A stretch of 36,796 nt of DNA from a virus (Duplodnaviria; Caudoviricetes), in IMG/VR virus record IMGVR_UViG_3300037422_000067, positions 1 through 36,796 of that record; one strand, 5' to 3'. The position numbers and the translations under genes are program-made. Shown one piece after another: positions 1 through 7,512 of this stretch (position 1 is the first letter of the stretch; each line of letters begins with the position of its first letter). Under the pieces are notes generated by a model. The model had not been told where the DNA came from and searched no databases. It worked only from the letters and a program-made list of their open reading frames with translations.

Positions 1-127
1 ATTGAAAACAAAACAAACTTTTTGAACATCAAGCTCGGTCTTCTGCTTCACGCCTCTGATAACTGCAGCTTGAGGAGTTTCATCAACGCCAAGCACATCG
101 CCTGGCAATTCCAAAAGATTATCAGAT
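1..127. repeat. Terminal direct repeat, left copy (circular assembly overlap)
   Basis: Bases 1-127 are identical to 36670-36796. 127 is a common assembler k-mer length, and an ORF reads through the junction. Confidence 0.95.
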
Positions 128-297
128 ATTTCCGGGTGCTCATTGATCAGCACATATTGATCAGTTGAATCCTTGAGTATGCATGATGCTTTAAACATTC
201 CGATTACCGGCTCGCCGCAAGTTCTAGCATTACTCTCAAGCACTACTCTATCGCCGCAACTTAACGCTAAAATTGATAAAAGAACTAGATATTTCAT
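1..297 (-). CDS. 5' part of an origin-spanning putative lipoprotein (136 aa total, continues at 36669 down to 36556)
   Basis: ATG at 297 overlaps the upstream TGA (ATGA). Translation MKYLVLLSILALSC-GDRVV... has a signal peptide and lipobox-like Cys, and reads in frame into the 36556..36783 ORF. Confidence 0.8.
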   Translation of the reverse strand, partial: MKYLVLLSILALSCGDRVVLESNARTCGEPVIGMFKASCILKDSTDQYVLINEHPEISDNLLELPGDVLGVDETPQAAVIRGVKQKTELDVQKVCFVFN

Positions 298-875
298 AAA
301 GACACCTTCCCCTCATATTGAAACAATTCTGGATGCTGAAGACAATATTGATAGAATTGGCCCGGCGTTACGTTCGATCCTTTCCACCATTCAGGCAATG
401 GTACTAGCGCTTGTTTTAAGATATCGTAAGTAGCTTCGGTGCAAAAATAAAATCCTTCCATTTGATAGGAATTCCCAAGCCATGCCAGACGCATCATTTC
501 AATCGGCTCTTTGGTTGCTTTAGAAAGCAGGTACCTAAGCGGATATGCGATCCAGTTCACAAGCTTTTCGCTTAATCCCATGATACCCATGAACAACGCG
601 CCCGGATAATCATAAAGTTTTCCTATTAACGATTCAGCATATTCTTTTGCGGGCTTTTCCTCGGCTTTTAAAACAGTGAAGATATTGCAAGGAGTCCCGG
701 CAAGGCGTTCGCTTAAAGAAATCTTTTCAAAAGCAATTTCACTTGTCTGAAAAACAGTATCATCGAATATTACGAAAGCATGCACAATCGGCGACGATGT
801 AAACCATGCAATTATATCCCAACCTACTGGCCTTTTTCTGGTTACTCCGCTAACGTTAACAAAACCTAATCGCAT
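294..875 (-). CDS. Permuted papain-like NlpC/P60 amidase/peptidase (YiiX/YaeF-like)
   Basis: His motif (VHAFV) precedes 'IGKLYDY' and a late Cys motif (FCTEA), the order seen in permuted NlpC/P60 proteins. Confidence 0.75.
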   Translation of the reverse strand: MRLGFVNVSGVTRKRPVGWDIIAWFTSSPIVHAFVIFDDTVFQTSEIAFEKISLSERLAGTPCNIFTVLKAEEKPAKEYAESLIGKLYDYPGALFMGIMGLSEKLVNWIAYPLRYLLSKATKEPIEMMRLAWLGNSYQMEGFYFCTEATYDILKQALVPLPEWWKGSNVTPGQFYQYCLQHPELFQYEGKVSL

Positions 876-1132
876 TAATCAATCCTATCCTTGCCTTTAC
901 CATAACAATACACTCTTAAAATATATCGTGCATCCTAAAATCTTCTTGAAAGTTTTGATCTATCTATTGTCATGGGATTATTGCGAAGAGAAATTAGCTC
1001 ATCAATTAATTTAAAATATTTAGATACATCTTCCAGAGTTTTAAGCGCCTCTGCAACATCCCTTAGAGGGGGCCGTTTAAGTGGTTAAAAAGATCGCCAT
1101 AGATCATTTCAGGATTGCCAATAAAATTCATT

Positions 1133-1537
1133 TTAATGTCCTGGTGCTTTATCAGCGGGATATCGTTTTCTTCCTTTACCATCGTACCATGTGTTATCCT
1201 TCAGTGGGATTGGCGATGCTGGCCCCTGATAATAATGAGGCACAGGAGATGGAGTAGGTTGATAAGTATTCTGCCTAACTTGATTATTAATCTCTCTTAC
1301 TTGTTCTTGGCGCACACTACTACGTGATCGAACCTCTTCTCTTAATTCATGCATATCATCTGCTAATCTCTTAATAGCCTGTCCAGTCTCTTCCCTAAGC
1401 TCACTGATTTTTTCATCCTGCCGTGCATTAGTACGATAGAGATTAACGATATCCTCATCATCTGCTAGTGCCGGATCAATGGGTTCAGCATGTAGTGCTG
1501 AACTAAGAATTAATGCGGTTAATATTAGGTATTTCAT
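1133..1537 (-). CDS. Secreted hypothetical protein with coiled coil
   Basis: Signal peptide MKYLILTALILSSALHA, charged helical middle, Pro-rich C-terminus. Confidence 0.7.
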   Translation of the reverse strand: MKYLILTALILSSALHAEPIDPALADDEDIVNLYRTNARQDEKISELREETGQAIKRLADDMHELREEVRSRSSVRQEQVREINNQVRQNTYQPTPSPVPHYYQGPASPIPLKDNTWYDGKGRKRYPADKAPGH

Positions 1538-1741
1538 TGTTGTTTTCCTTTCATTGATATATTTAATATTACCCAGACCTAGACCAAGGCTTATAAAGTG
1601 CTTGATTCATTTTTGGCCTTTTGGCAATTCCCCATTCCATATGAAGGGCCCGAATTGAACTATTTTTAGAGCTTCATTCGGGGCATCGCGCTGAACTATT
1701 TTGAAATGATCCGCACTCTTCATGGCTTCACCTTCCATTCT

Positions 1742-1924
1742 TTATTCGCCATAGCCATAGCCATAGCCATAGCCATAGCCATCGCCAGAGCCATCGCCAT
1801 AGCCATAGCCATAGCCAGAGCCATAGCCATCGCCAGAGCCATCGCCAGAGCCAGAGCCATAGCCATAGCCATAGCCAGAGCCATAGCCATCGCCAGAGCC
1901 AAAATCTTTTTTTAAGCTGACCAT
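1742..1924 (-). CDS. Gly-X (Y/S/D) low-complexity repeat peptide
   Basis: GAGG RBS upstream of ATG; body is (GY/GS/GD)n. Such peptides commonly follow DUF6948-like genes in phages. Confidence 0.7.
   Translation of the reverse strand: MVSLKKDFGSGDGYGSGYGYGYGSGSGDGSGDGYGSGYGYGYGDGSGDGYGYGYGYGYGE
1746..1900. repeat. Imperfect 6-bp tandem repeat (GGCTAT/GGCTCT/GGCGAT on minus strand)
   Basis: Directly visible agccat/agccag/cgccat array. Confidence 0.95.
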
Positions 1925-2112
1925 ATTGGTACTGCCTCAATAATCTTTTTTGCAATTATATTAAGAGAATATTGTTTTGAACACGCTCGACATCTTCTGC
2001 TTTTGTTTTTATGAATATAAGTATTGTCTTTTGTATATTCATGTCCGTGTTGGCAATGAGTCTTCATTTGAGACGAATGGCGTCCTTTTTTTATAGAATC
2101 TTGTGATTGGTT
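1912..2112 (-). pseudogene. Truncated HNH endonuclease remnant (51-aa ORF 1912..2067 plus in-frame upstream fragment)
   Basis: Frame reads *NQSQDSIKKGRHSSQMKTHCQHGHEYTKDNTYIHKNKSRRCRAC... The 'KTHCxxGHE..NT..R.CRAC' tail is typical of phage HNH endonucleases, but the catalytic core is missing. Confidence 0.65.
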
Positions 2113-2116
2113 TCAA

Positions 2117-2419
2117 TCAATGAGCTGTCCATACTGGGACTTCCTCAATACTTTTCTTCGCTATGTTAGTCACATCAAGTATCTCTTCGACTTTAAGTAT
2201 TGTAACTCTTGTTACAGGAGCTGGGAATTTGCATTCATTCGGGCAGGAAACACCTTTCATGCTCATCTCGCTTAATGAAGCACTCCCCTTCCAATACCAT
2301 ATGCGTCTAGCCTTTCTAAGAACCACTTCTTGTCCTTTTCGAGATTCTAAATAGCCTGCAAAAACTCCTGCATTGCAGCTCCTGACAATTACATATTTAC
2401 CTAATTTACCGTTTTTCAT
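2117..2419 (-). CDS. DUF6948-like phage protein
   Basis: Signature GKYVIVRS.NAGVFAG.L...EVVLRKARRIWYWKG.ASLSE; GGAG RBS. Confidence 0.75.
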   Translation of the reverse strand: MKNGKLGKYVIVRSCNAGVFAGYLESRKGQEVVLRKARRIWYWKGSASLSEMSMKGVSCPNECKFPAPVTRVTILKVEEILDVTNIAKKSIEEVPVWTAH

Positions 2420-2428
2420 ATTACTCCT

Positions 2429-2773
2429 TTACGGTTTAGATTCTTTCCATTCTCTATGACATTGCCGAAGCTTATTCACTGGAGCCCATTTCTCAGCAAA
2501 GCATTTACTGACAACGGCTCCGCATTCCTCATTGATTCCGTTCTCTTCCGTGCATAATTGATTTATAAGTGTCATGATCTGGCCAATACGGAGGGCATCT
2601 AGTTTAGTGAAGAGATCGGCGATTTGGTGATCAGGCTCCTTTGGTTTAATGGGTTCAGATTGAGTGGCTATGGGAGGTTTATCTTGTGGTCTGGCTTCGT
2701 CACAAGCTAGAATATGCATTAATATAGCGCTTACCAATATTCCAATTGTCAAAGATAACCATAAGTGATTCAT
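2429..2773 (-). CDS. Membrane-anchored hypothetical protein with several Cys
   Basis: N-terminal hydrophobic helix; ATGA overlap with the upstream gene. Confidence 0.65.
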   Translation of the reverse strand: MNHLWLSLTIGILVSAILMHILACDEARPQDKPPIATQSEPIKPKEPDHQIADLFTKLDALRIGQIMTLINQLCTEENGINEECGAVVSKCFAEKWAPVNKLRQCHREWKESKP

Positions 2774-3039
2774 TTTATATTTTCCAATCTTCTTTTTTCT
2801 TTTAACATTGCTTGTGCAATTTCATAGCTGCGTTCAGATAAAATTTTAAATTCAGGTTGTTGGCTAGCTTCAGTACCATAGAAAGTAATCATGGCCTGCA
2901 TTGCTGCAAATGCACAACTATCGAGCCATGTCTTACCGAGCAAGATTTTCCCTTGACCTATATTTTTTCCCCCAAATGTATGTTGTTTAAACGAAATCAG
3001 AACCACATCATCACAACAACCACCTGTATCTACGCTCAT
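2770..3039 (-). CDS. Small phage protein of the 'RDYFAAKAMQ...AY..ADAML' type
   Basis: TWLDSCAFAAMQAM...SYEIAQAMLKEK resembles this widespread early-gene family; ATGA coupling. Confidence 0.6.
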   Translation of the reverse strand: MSVDTGGCCDDVVLISFKQHTFGGKNIGQGKILLGKTWLDSCAFAAMQAMITFYGTEASQQPEFKILSERSYEIAQAMLKEKRRLENIK

Positions 3040-3482
3040 TGCGCCACCTCTTTACAAATTCTTTCTATTTCAACCCGTACTTGATAACCAATTTTACCAA
3101 TTGCGAGCATCTCTTTTGTCGTTTCAAGAATTGATTTAATCGCATCGCCATAACCGAGAGAATAATCATTCGTGTTTATTGGGCGTTCCAATTTCTTCGG
3201 TTGATCCCCAGTAGCTCCCCAAAGCGTATTACTTTGTTTAGTGAATGCATCTACCTTGACGCCTACAGTCTTAATCAAATCCATCCGTTCAAGTTCACTG
3301 AATCTCGTAGTAATCGCCCCGCTGTTTGAGTTTGGCGATAGCCGCCGCCATGATTCTAACTGCGTGCATGGTCCATGTTCGCAAATATCTTGAAACACCT
3401 GCATGCGGCGTTCGCTTAATAGGCCGCTGTCGCGCGCTATCTCATATGCTTGTCGTGCCGTATCTCTCATTTTACCAGCCAT
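3036..3482 (-). CDS. Winged-helix DNA-binding protein
   Basis: RRMQVFQDICEHGPCT.LE...ITTRFSELERMDLI pattern. Confidence 0.6.
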   Translation of the reverse strand: MAGKMRDTARQAYEIARDSGLLSERRMQVFQDICEHGPCTQLESWRRLSPNSNSGAITTRFSELERMDLIKTVGVKVDAFTKQSNTLWGATGDQPKKLERPINTNDYSLGYGDAIKSILETTKEMLAIGKIGYQVRVEIERICKEVAQ

Positions 3483-3997
3483 TGACTAAGAGGATTGTTT
3501 TCGGCGATGGTTTTGAATAGCAAGCACGCACTTCCGATATTGCCCTCGACCGTATCAAATTTAGTTCCAAGTTTTTCTATCGCATCAGTAAGAAGATTAA
3601 TGGTTGTTTTCGCAGTAAGATTATCGAGTTTGGTGAAATTAAAATACTCACACCAATAAGCCGGGACATAAAAACTTTCATTTGCCAGACTCACTGTGAG
3701 AATTTTAACATCATGCTGTAATGATAAGTTTTCATCATTAGCCCATGACTTTGTTTCATACTTTTGAACGTGGCGTTTATGCCTTTCCATGAATGAATCA
3801 CAATCTTTTGTATTCAGCCACCGGCGCAAAACACTGTTAATGGCATCGCCTCTGGTTTGACCTCTGCCGATTAATGTAGTGCCGTCTTTTATCATAGCGA
3901 TTGTTTCGCCCCGTTCTTTTTTATTTACCAATAGGTGCAATACCAAACTGAGTTGATAGCTGTTTACGTGTTGCCCCATCATCCAAGCGCCAACCAT
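3467..3997 (-). CDS. Hypothetical protein
   Basis: 176-aa ORF overlapping neighbours in the operon; true start uncertain. Confidence 0.6.
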   Translation of the reverse strand: MVGAWMMGQHVNSYQLSLVLHLLVNKKERGETIAMIKDGTTLIGRGQTRGDAINSVLRRWLNTKDCDSFMERHKRHVQKYETKSWANDENLSLQHDVKILTVSLANESFYVPAYWCEYFNFTKLDNLTAKTTINLLTDAIEKLGTKFDTVEGNIGSACLLFKTIAENNPLSQWLVK

Positions 3998-4218
3998 ACA
4001 AAAATAAATAATATAAATTGAATTACAATCATCAGCAGCAATAAAGTAACCGCGTTTTGTTGTGAATTAATTCTCTTAACAAAAGTATTATTTATTGCGT
4101 TTTGTTTTTGCGCGAAGTTAGTCGTGGCATCTGTTAAGCCCTGCACGGCCTGCATTAAATCAACTTGCTGCCCTTGCGGTTTCATTGAGTTACCGCCAAT
4201 TTCAATTATCTTTGCCAT
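3979..4218 (-). CDS. Hypothetical protein with C-terminal transmembrane helix
   Basis: Hydrophobic tail VTLLLLMIVIQFILFIFVWLALG. Confidence 0.65.
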   Translation of the reverse strand: MAKIIEIGGNSMKPQGQQVDLMQAVQGLTDATTNFAQKQNAINNTFVKRINSQQNAVTLLLLMIVIQFILFIFVWLALG

Positions 4219-4504
4219 TTTTCTTCACCGGCATTGCAGGTTTGTCATAGCTGATGGTTGTGGCAATTTCAAGACGGCCAATCGTAACACCGCTGCGTTT
4301 TAGAAATTCCACCATTGATTGCAGTGAGGTTGAAATTTTAGTTTCAATCAGCGTTTTCAAATCGTTAAGGGTTTTACTATGATCGCCATAAGGTTGTGTT
4401 GTAAACAAATGCCCTTCAATAGTAAGTGAGGGCATCGCTAAATATCTCAACGCCACGAGTTTTTGCTTAGGCTGCTTTTCGACGGCTCTTAACTTTTGCT
4501 TCAT
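4202..4504 (-). CDS. Hypothetical protein
   Basis: Operon-packed ORF. Confidence 0.6.
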   Translation of the reverse strand: MKQKLRAVEKQPKQKLVALRYLAMPSLTIEGHLFTTQPYGDHSKTLNDLKTLIETKISTSLQSMVEFLKRSGVTIGRLEIATTISYDKPAMPVKKNGKDN

Positions 4505-4667
4505 TTTTATTTTCCTTTATCAGTATTGTTCTTTGGAAATGTTCAAAATAATTTATGATTGACCAACGCATGAACTGCGACATGGTGATGTCATGCGCCG
4601 TACAGTAATCAATAATCTCTTCCTTGATATCTGAATCCAACGCGAAATGTATCGTGTTCTTCGGCAT
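4467..4667 (-). CDS. Ribbon-helix-helix (CopG/Arc-like) regulator
   Basis: TIHFALDSDIKEEIIDYC..HDITMSQFMRWSI fits a beta-strand plus two helices. Confidence 0.65.
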   Translation of the reverse strand: MPKNTIHFALDSDIKEEIIDYCTAHDITMSQFMRWSIINYFEHFQRTILIKENKNEAKVKSRRKAA

Positions 4668-4675
4668 AATTCCCC

Positions 4676-5809
4676 TTATTGTTTTGCCGCGCGTGCTTCG
4701 GCTTTTTCTTCTTTAATGATCGGGATCTGTTGTGTTACAGGATTATTTCGTATATCCCTTAATACTCTCAAGCCTCCCTCTAATGCGTCCAATGATAAAG
4801 TTGTCACTTGCGTCCATGAACCAGTCCCGAACACGCTGCGCAGTAGTTCTAATTTCATTTTTTGTGATTCATTCGAGCGGCCAGCGCCGCAAATGGTAAT
4901 CATCTCGCCTTCGATTTCCTCAAGCATTATTGTCGCCTGAGTTTTTGAATCAGGCCCATTGTATTCAGGTTTGAAATGTTCGGTTGAATTTCTTTCGATA
5001 TCAAGAGGGGAATGTTCACCACCCATGCTGAGAGCTTTAAAGTGTGCCAAGATGTCATCAAAGGTTGGATAAAGAAGCGTGCGGCCGTTTATGGTATCTG
5101 TGCGGTCCTTGAGCACCTCAGCAAAATGCAGCCAGCGGGTATTGACGGTCTTTTTCTTTTGCACATCTTTTTCTACCCCGTGCTCTTTGATATAACCTTC
5201 GTCATTAGGCCGAATACGTTTAAGCTCAAGCAATAACGACGGTTCATAAGTAAAATCCACTTCGGCTTTCATTGCCGTACCAACCTTGGTAATTTCTTTT
5301 TTCCCATCCTCATCTTCAAAATGCTCGTATTCATATTTCGAGCGGCCGCATAAAAAGATATGGGTCTTACTGGTTAAAAATAAATCGGTGAATTTTGACC
5401 ACTCTTCTTTAAGATAAGCCCAATCTGGAAAACTCAAGCGCGTAATGCGGGGATTATTCTTTTTGCGAAACTCTAAGTATGAGCGCTGCAACTCAACCCA
5501 TACATGGGATATCGAATCGATTATCGCAATCTCAATGCCCATTTTTTCCAGGTCACCCATGAAGCGCATCAGGTCTTTGTATGACCGGCTTTTCTCGGTA
5601 AGAAATTCAATACCGGCTTTCTCGAATTTACTGACCAGGAAATCCGAGCCGGTTTCGGTATCAAACATTGCCACGGGTTTTTTACTGCCAATGAATTTAT
5701 GTAGTCCGATTGCGAAGTTGCTACTTGAATATGTTTTTCCAGTACCGGCAAAACCAAAAATCCCCACTTTACCAAATGCCATTGTATTCTGAGCTTTTGT
5801 TAGGGCCAT
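4676..5809 (-). CDS. Phage AAA ATPase (AAA_24/Sak4-like recombination protein)
   Basis: Walker A GFAGTGKT, FDTETGS, Walker B IIDSISH, 'W..LK..W' motif; AGGAG RBS. Confidence 0.8.
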   Translation of the reverse strand: MALTKAQNTMAFGKVGIFGFAGTGKTYSSSNFAIGLHKFIGSKKPVAMFDTETGSDFLVSKFEKAGIEFLTEKSRSYKDLMRFMGDLEKMGIEIAIIDSISHVWVELQRSYLEFRKKNNPRITRLSFPDWAYLKEEWSKFTDLFLTSKTHIFLCGRSKYEYEHFEDEDGKKEITKVGTAMKAEVDFTYEPSLLLELKRIRPNDEGYIKEHGVEKDVQKKKTVNTRWLHFAEVLKDRTDTINGRTLLYPTFDDILAHFKALSMGGEHSPLDIERNSTEHFKPEYNGPDSKTQATIMLEEIEGEMITICGAGRSNESQKMKLELLRSVFGTGSWTQVTTLSLDALEGGLRVLRDIRNNPVTQQIPIIKEEKAEARAAKQ

Positions 5810-5885
5810 TTAAAAACTCCTTTCTAAGATTTACATATTCAATACATCGAATGTCATTCAATAGCAAGTTTTATTTTAACATAAA

Positions 5886-6077
5886 TTATGGGTCAATAGC
5901 TTTAAAAATTTGTTTTGGTTCGATAAGGGTCATTAACCCACGACACATAAAGCATGATTCTTGCCCTTCGACAATTTCACCATTATCAGGATCGTATTTT
6001 TGTATTATATATATATCAACCATGGCATATTCACCACACACACTACACCAAGCATCTGCTTGTTTAATATCATGCAT
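5886..6077 (-). CDS. Small zinc-ribbon protein
   Basis: CSVC and CFMC pairs. Confidence 0.55.
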   Translation of the reverse strand: MHDIKQADAWCSVCGEYAMVDIYIIQKYDPDNGEIVEGQESCFMCRGLMTLIEPKQIFKAIDP

Positions 6078-6210
6078 AATAAAACCCCAGTGTTTGACAA
6101 ATTGGCAAAACGCACCACGTTGCCCTATAAACGTTTTTTATTGTTTGGCCGCACCTTTTCATGTCTGGGGCATAAATAATCAAACCTAGGTGGCAAATAT
6201 TAAGCGTCAT
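6070..6210 (-). CDS. Possible 46-aa hypothetical protein (below ORF-track cutoff)
   Basis: MTLNICHLGLIIYAPDMKRCG...FYYA* fills the gap and overlaps both neighbours. Confidence 0.4.
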   Translation of the reverse strand: MTLNICHLGLIIYAPDMKRCGQTIKNVYRATWCVLPICQTLGFYYA

Positions 6211-6640
6211 AGGCATTCTCGTTTTTATCTGAAGCGTGTTTTTCTAGGTTAAGTAAAATTTCGGTATTTTCTGTTGGCTCTAAAAATCTTGCAGACCACT
6301 TACTAAACCATTCGGCTTTATTCTCTGCTTTAGTCCAGTAAACATAATCTAAAAGCTCTTTAAGCTTATCCGCCATAGGCTTGTCGCCATAAAGGCTAGC
6401 ATATGATCTTGATAGGGCTATAACATCCCGTATCTTACCGAGCCAGTGTTTTTGAAACTCTATCGCCTCAGTGGTTGTTTCATCGCATTTGTAAATACAA
6501 TCACCGGCTTTAAGACATGCGAAGGCTTCGATTAAAACTTTTATAATTTGTTTTTTTGTATTTGATATTTCTATCTGTGCAAGCGCAATTAAAGTAAATA
6601 CTTTTTTATCTATCTCATTAATTTTATTTTCAATTTCCAT
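6200..6640 (-). CDS. Hypothetical protein
   Basis: TAATG coupling to the helicase stop; GGAG RBS. Confidence 0.65.
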   Translation of the reverse strand: MEIENKINEIDKKVFTLIALAQIEISNTKKQIIKVLIEAFACLKAGDCIYKCDETTTEAIEFQKHWLGKIRDVIALSRSYASLYGDKPMADKLKELLDYVYWTKAENKAEWFSKWSARFLEPTENTEILLNLEKHASDKNENAYDA

Positions 6641-7512
6641 TAATCAAGCTCCTTAAACAATAAGTTATTTTGTAACTCATAGGTGATTTTACTGCCCATG
6701 AAACGGCCATAGGAGTCATCACGAATCTTATGCAATGATAGACGGCTAAGGCTATTCTTCTTGTCATAGAACACCGACCAGACATTATCGGCGTATTGTT
6801 TGATACCGCTTGACCCTTTAAGCTCATCCATCTCAATTTCCCGCTCTTTGCCGTCGCCACGAATTTTTGAGGGGTGGCAAATAACCAATAGCGAGATGCC
6901 AAGCTTTCCAGCTAATGCCTGCATATCTGCGGCTTGCCTCTCATAATCAGCGGCTTCCATGCCTGGCCTAGTTGTGCTATGGAAATGATCGATTAAGATT
7001 AAACGGCAACCCTGCTTTAGTGCCGCCCAAGCGATATAGAGTGCTAACATTTTCCATTCAACAAAACCACGCTTGTCTAAATAATAAATTGGCGCTTGTT
7101 TTGCCCATTCAGTAAAATCAAATGCAGCTTGTGCAGCGTTGTCTTTTGTCTGTGGCCTTCCGGTTACTATCTGAAAAAACTTTTGCATCATACGTCCTGG
7201 ACCCATTTCAAGGCTAGCGATAAAGCATTTAATTTTTAGTTTGGCTGCAAAATAAACCAGGTTAATCGCGTACGTTGATTTTCCGTGGCCAGTGTCTCCG
7301 GTAAGTATAGTAAGCTCCTCAGTTCTAAGACCACCTGTCTTTTGCTGTAAGCTCGTCCATGGAATTTGTATTGCCTCTCTTGTTTCATCACGTTCCAACC
7401 ACTCTTGGAAAAGTTCTGTCGTCGTTTTTAGAATTGGTTTGTTCGCTGCTAGCTCCCGCTCCCAATTCGGGCTTATCTCGCGTAGTATCTGTTGCTCCGT
7501 TACCGCTTGCAT
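6640..7512 (-). CDS. SF4 (DnaB/T7 gp4/Twinkle-like) replicative helicase domain, no primase domain
   Basis: TGGLRTEELTILTGDTGHGKS (Walker A), SLEM, LILIDH (Walker B), ICHPSK, LKGSSGIKQYADNV. Confidence 0.88.
   Translation of the reverse strand: MQAVTEQQILREISPNWERELAANKPILKTTTELFQEWLERDETREAIQIPWTSLQQKTGGLRTEELTILTGDTGHGKSTYAINLVYFAAKLKIKCFIASLEMGPGRMMQKFFQIVTGRPQTKDNAAQAAFDFTEWAKQAPIYYLDKRGFVEWKMLALYIAWAALKQGCRLILIDHFHSTTRPGMEAADYERQAADMQALAGKLGISLLVICHPSKIRGDGKEREIEMDELKGSSGIKQYADNVWSVFYDKKNSLSRLSLHKIRDDSYGRFMGSKITYELQNNLLFKELD

Noticed and set aside
1-127. Biological terminal repeat or att site
   Set aside because: Exactly 127 bp and falls mid-gene, consistent with assembler k-mer overlap.
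1706-1955. (AI)n, (MA)n and (WL)n ORFs; CRISPR-like array
   Set aside because: These are alternative frames of the 6-bp repeat. There are no spacers, and the Gly-X frame has the best RBS and context.
5837-5847. 11-nt complement (ATTCAATACAT) of the replication leader at about 8560-8570
   Set aside because: An AT-rich 11-mer is plausible by chance, and there is no further support.
5874-5900. dif-like site (TTATGTTAAA XerD arm on the minus strand)
   Set aside because: The CATAA of a XerC-like arm is 1 bp away rather than 6, so the spacing is wrong.
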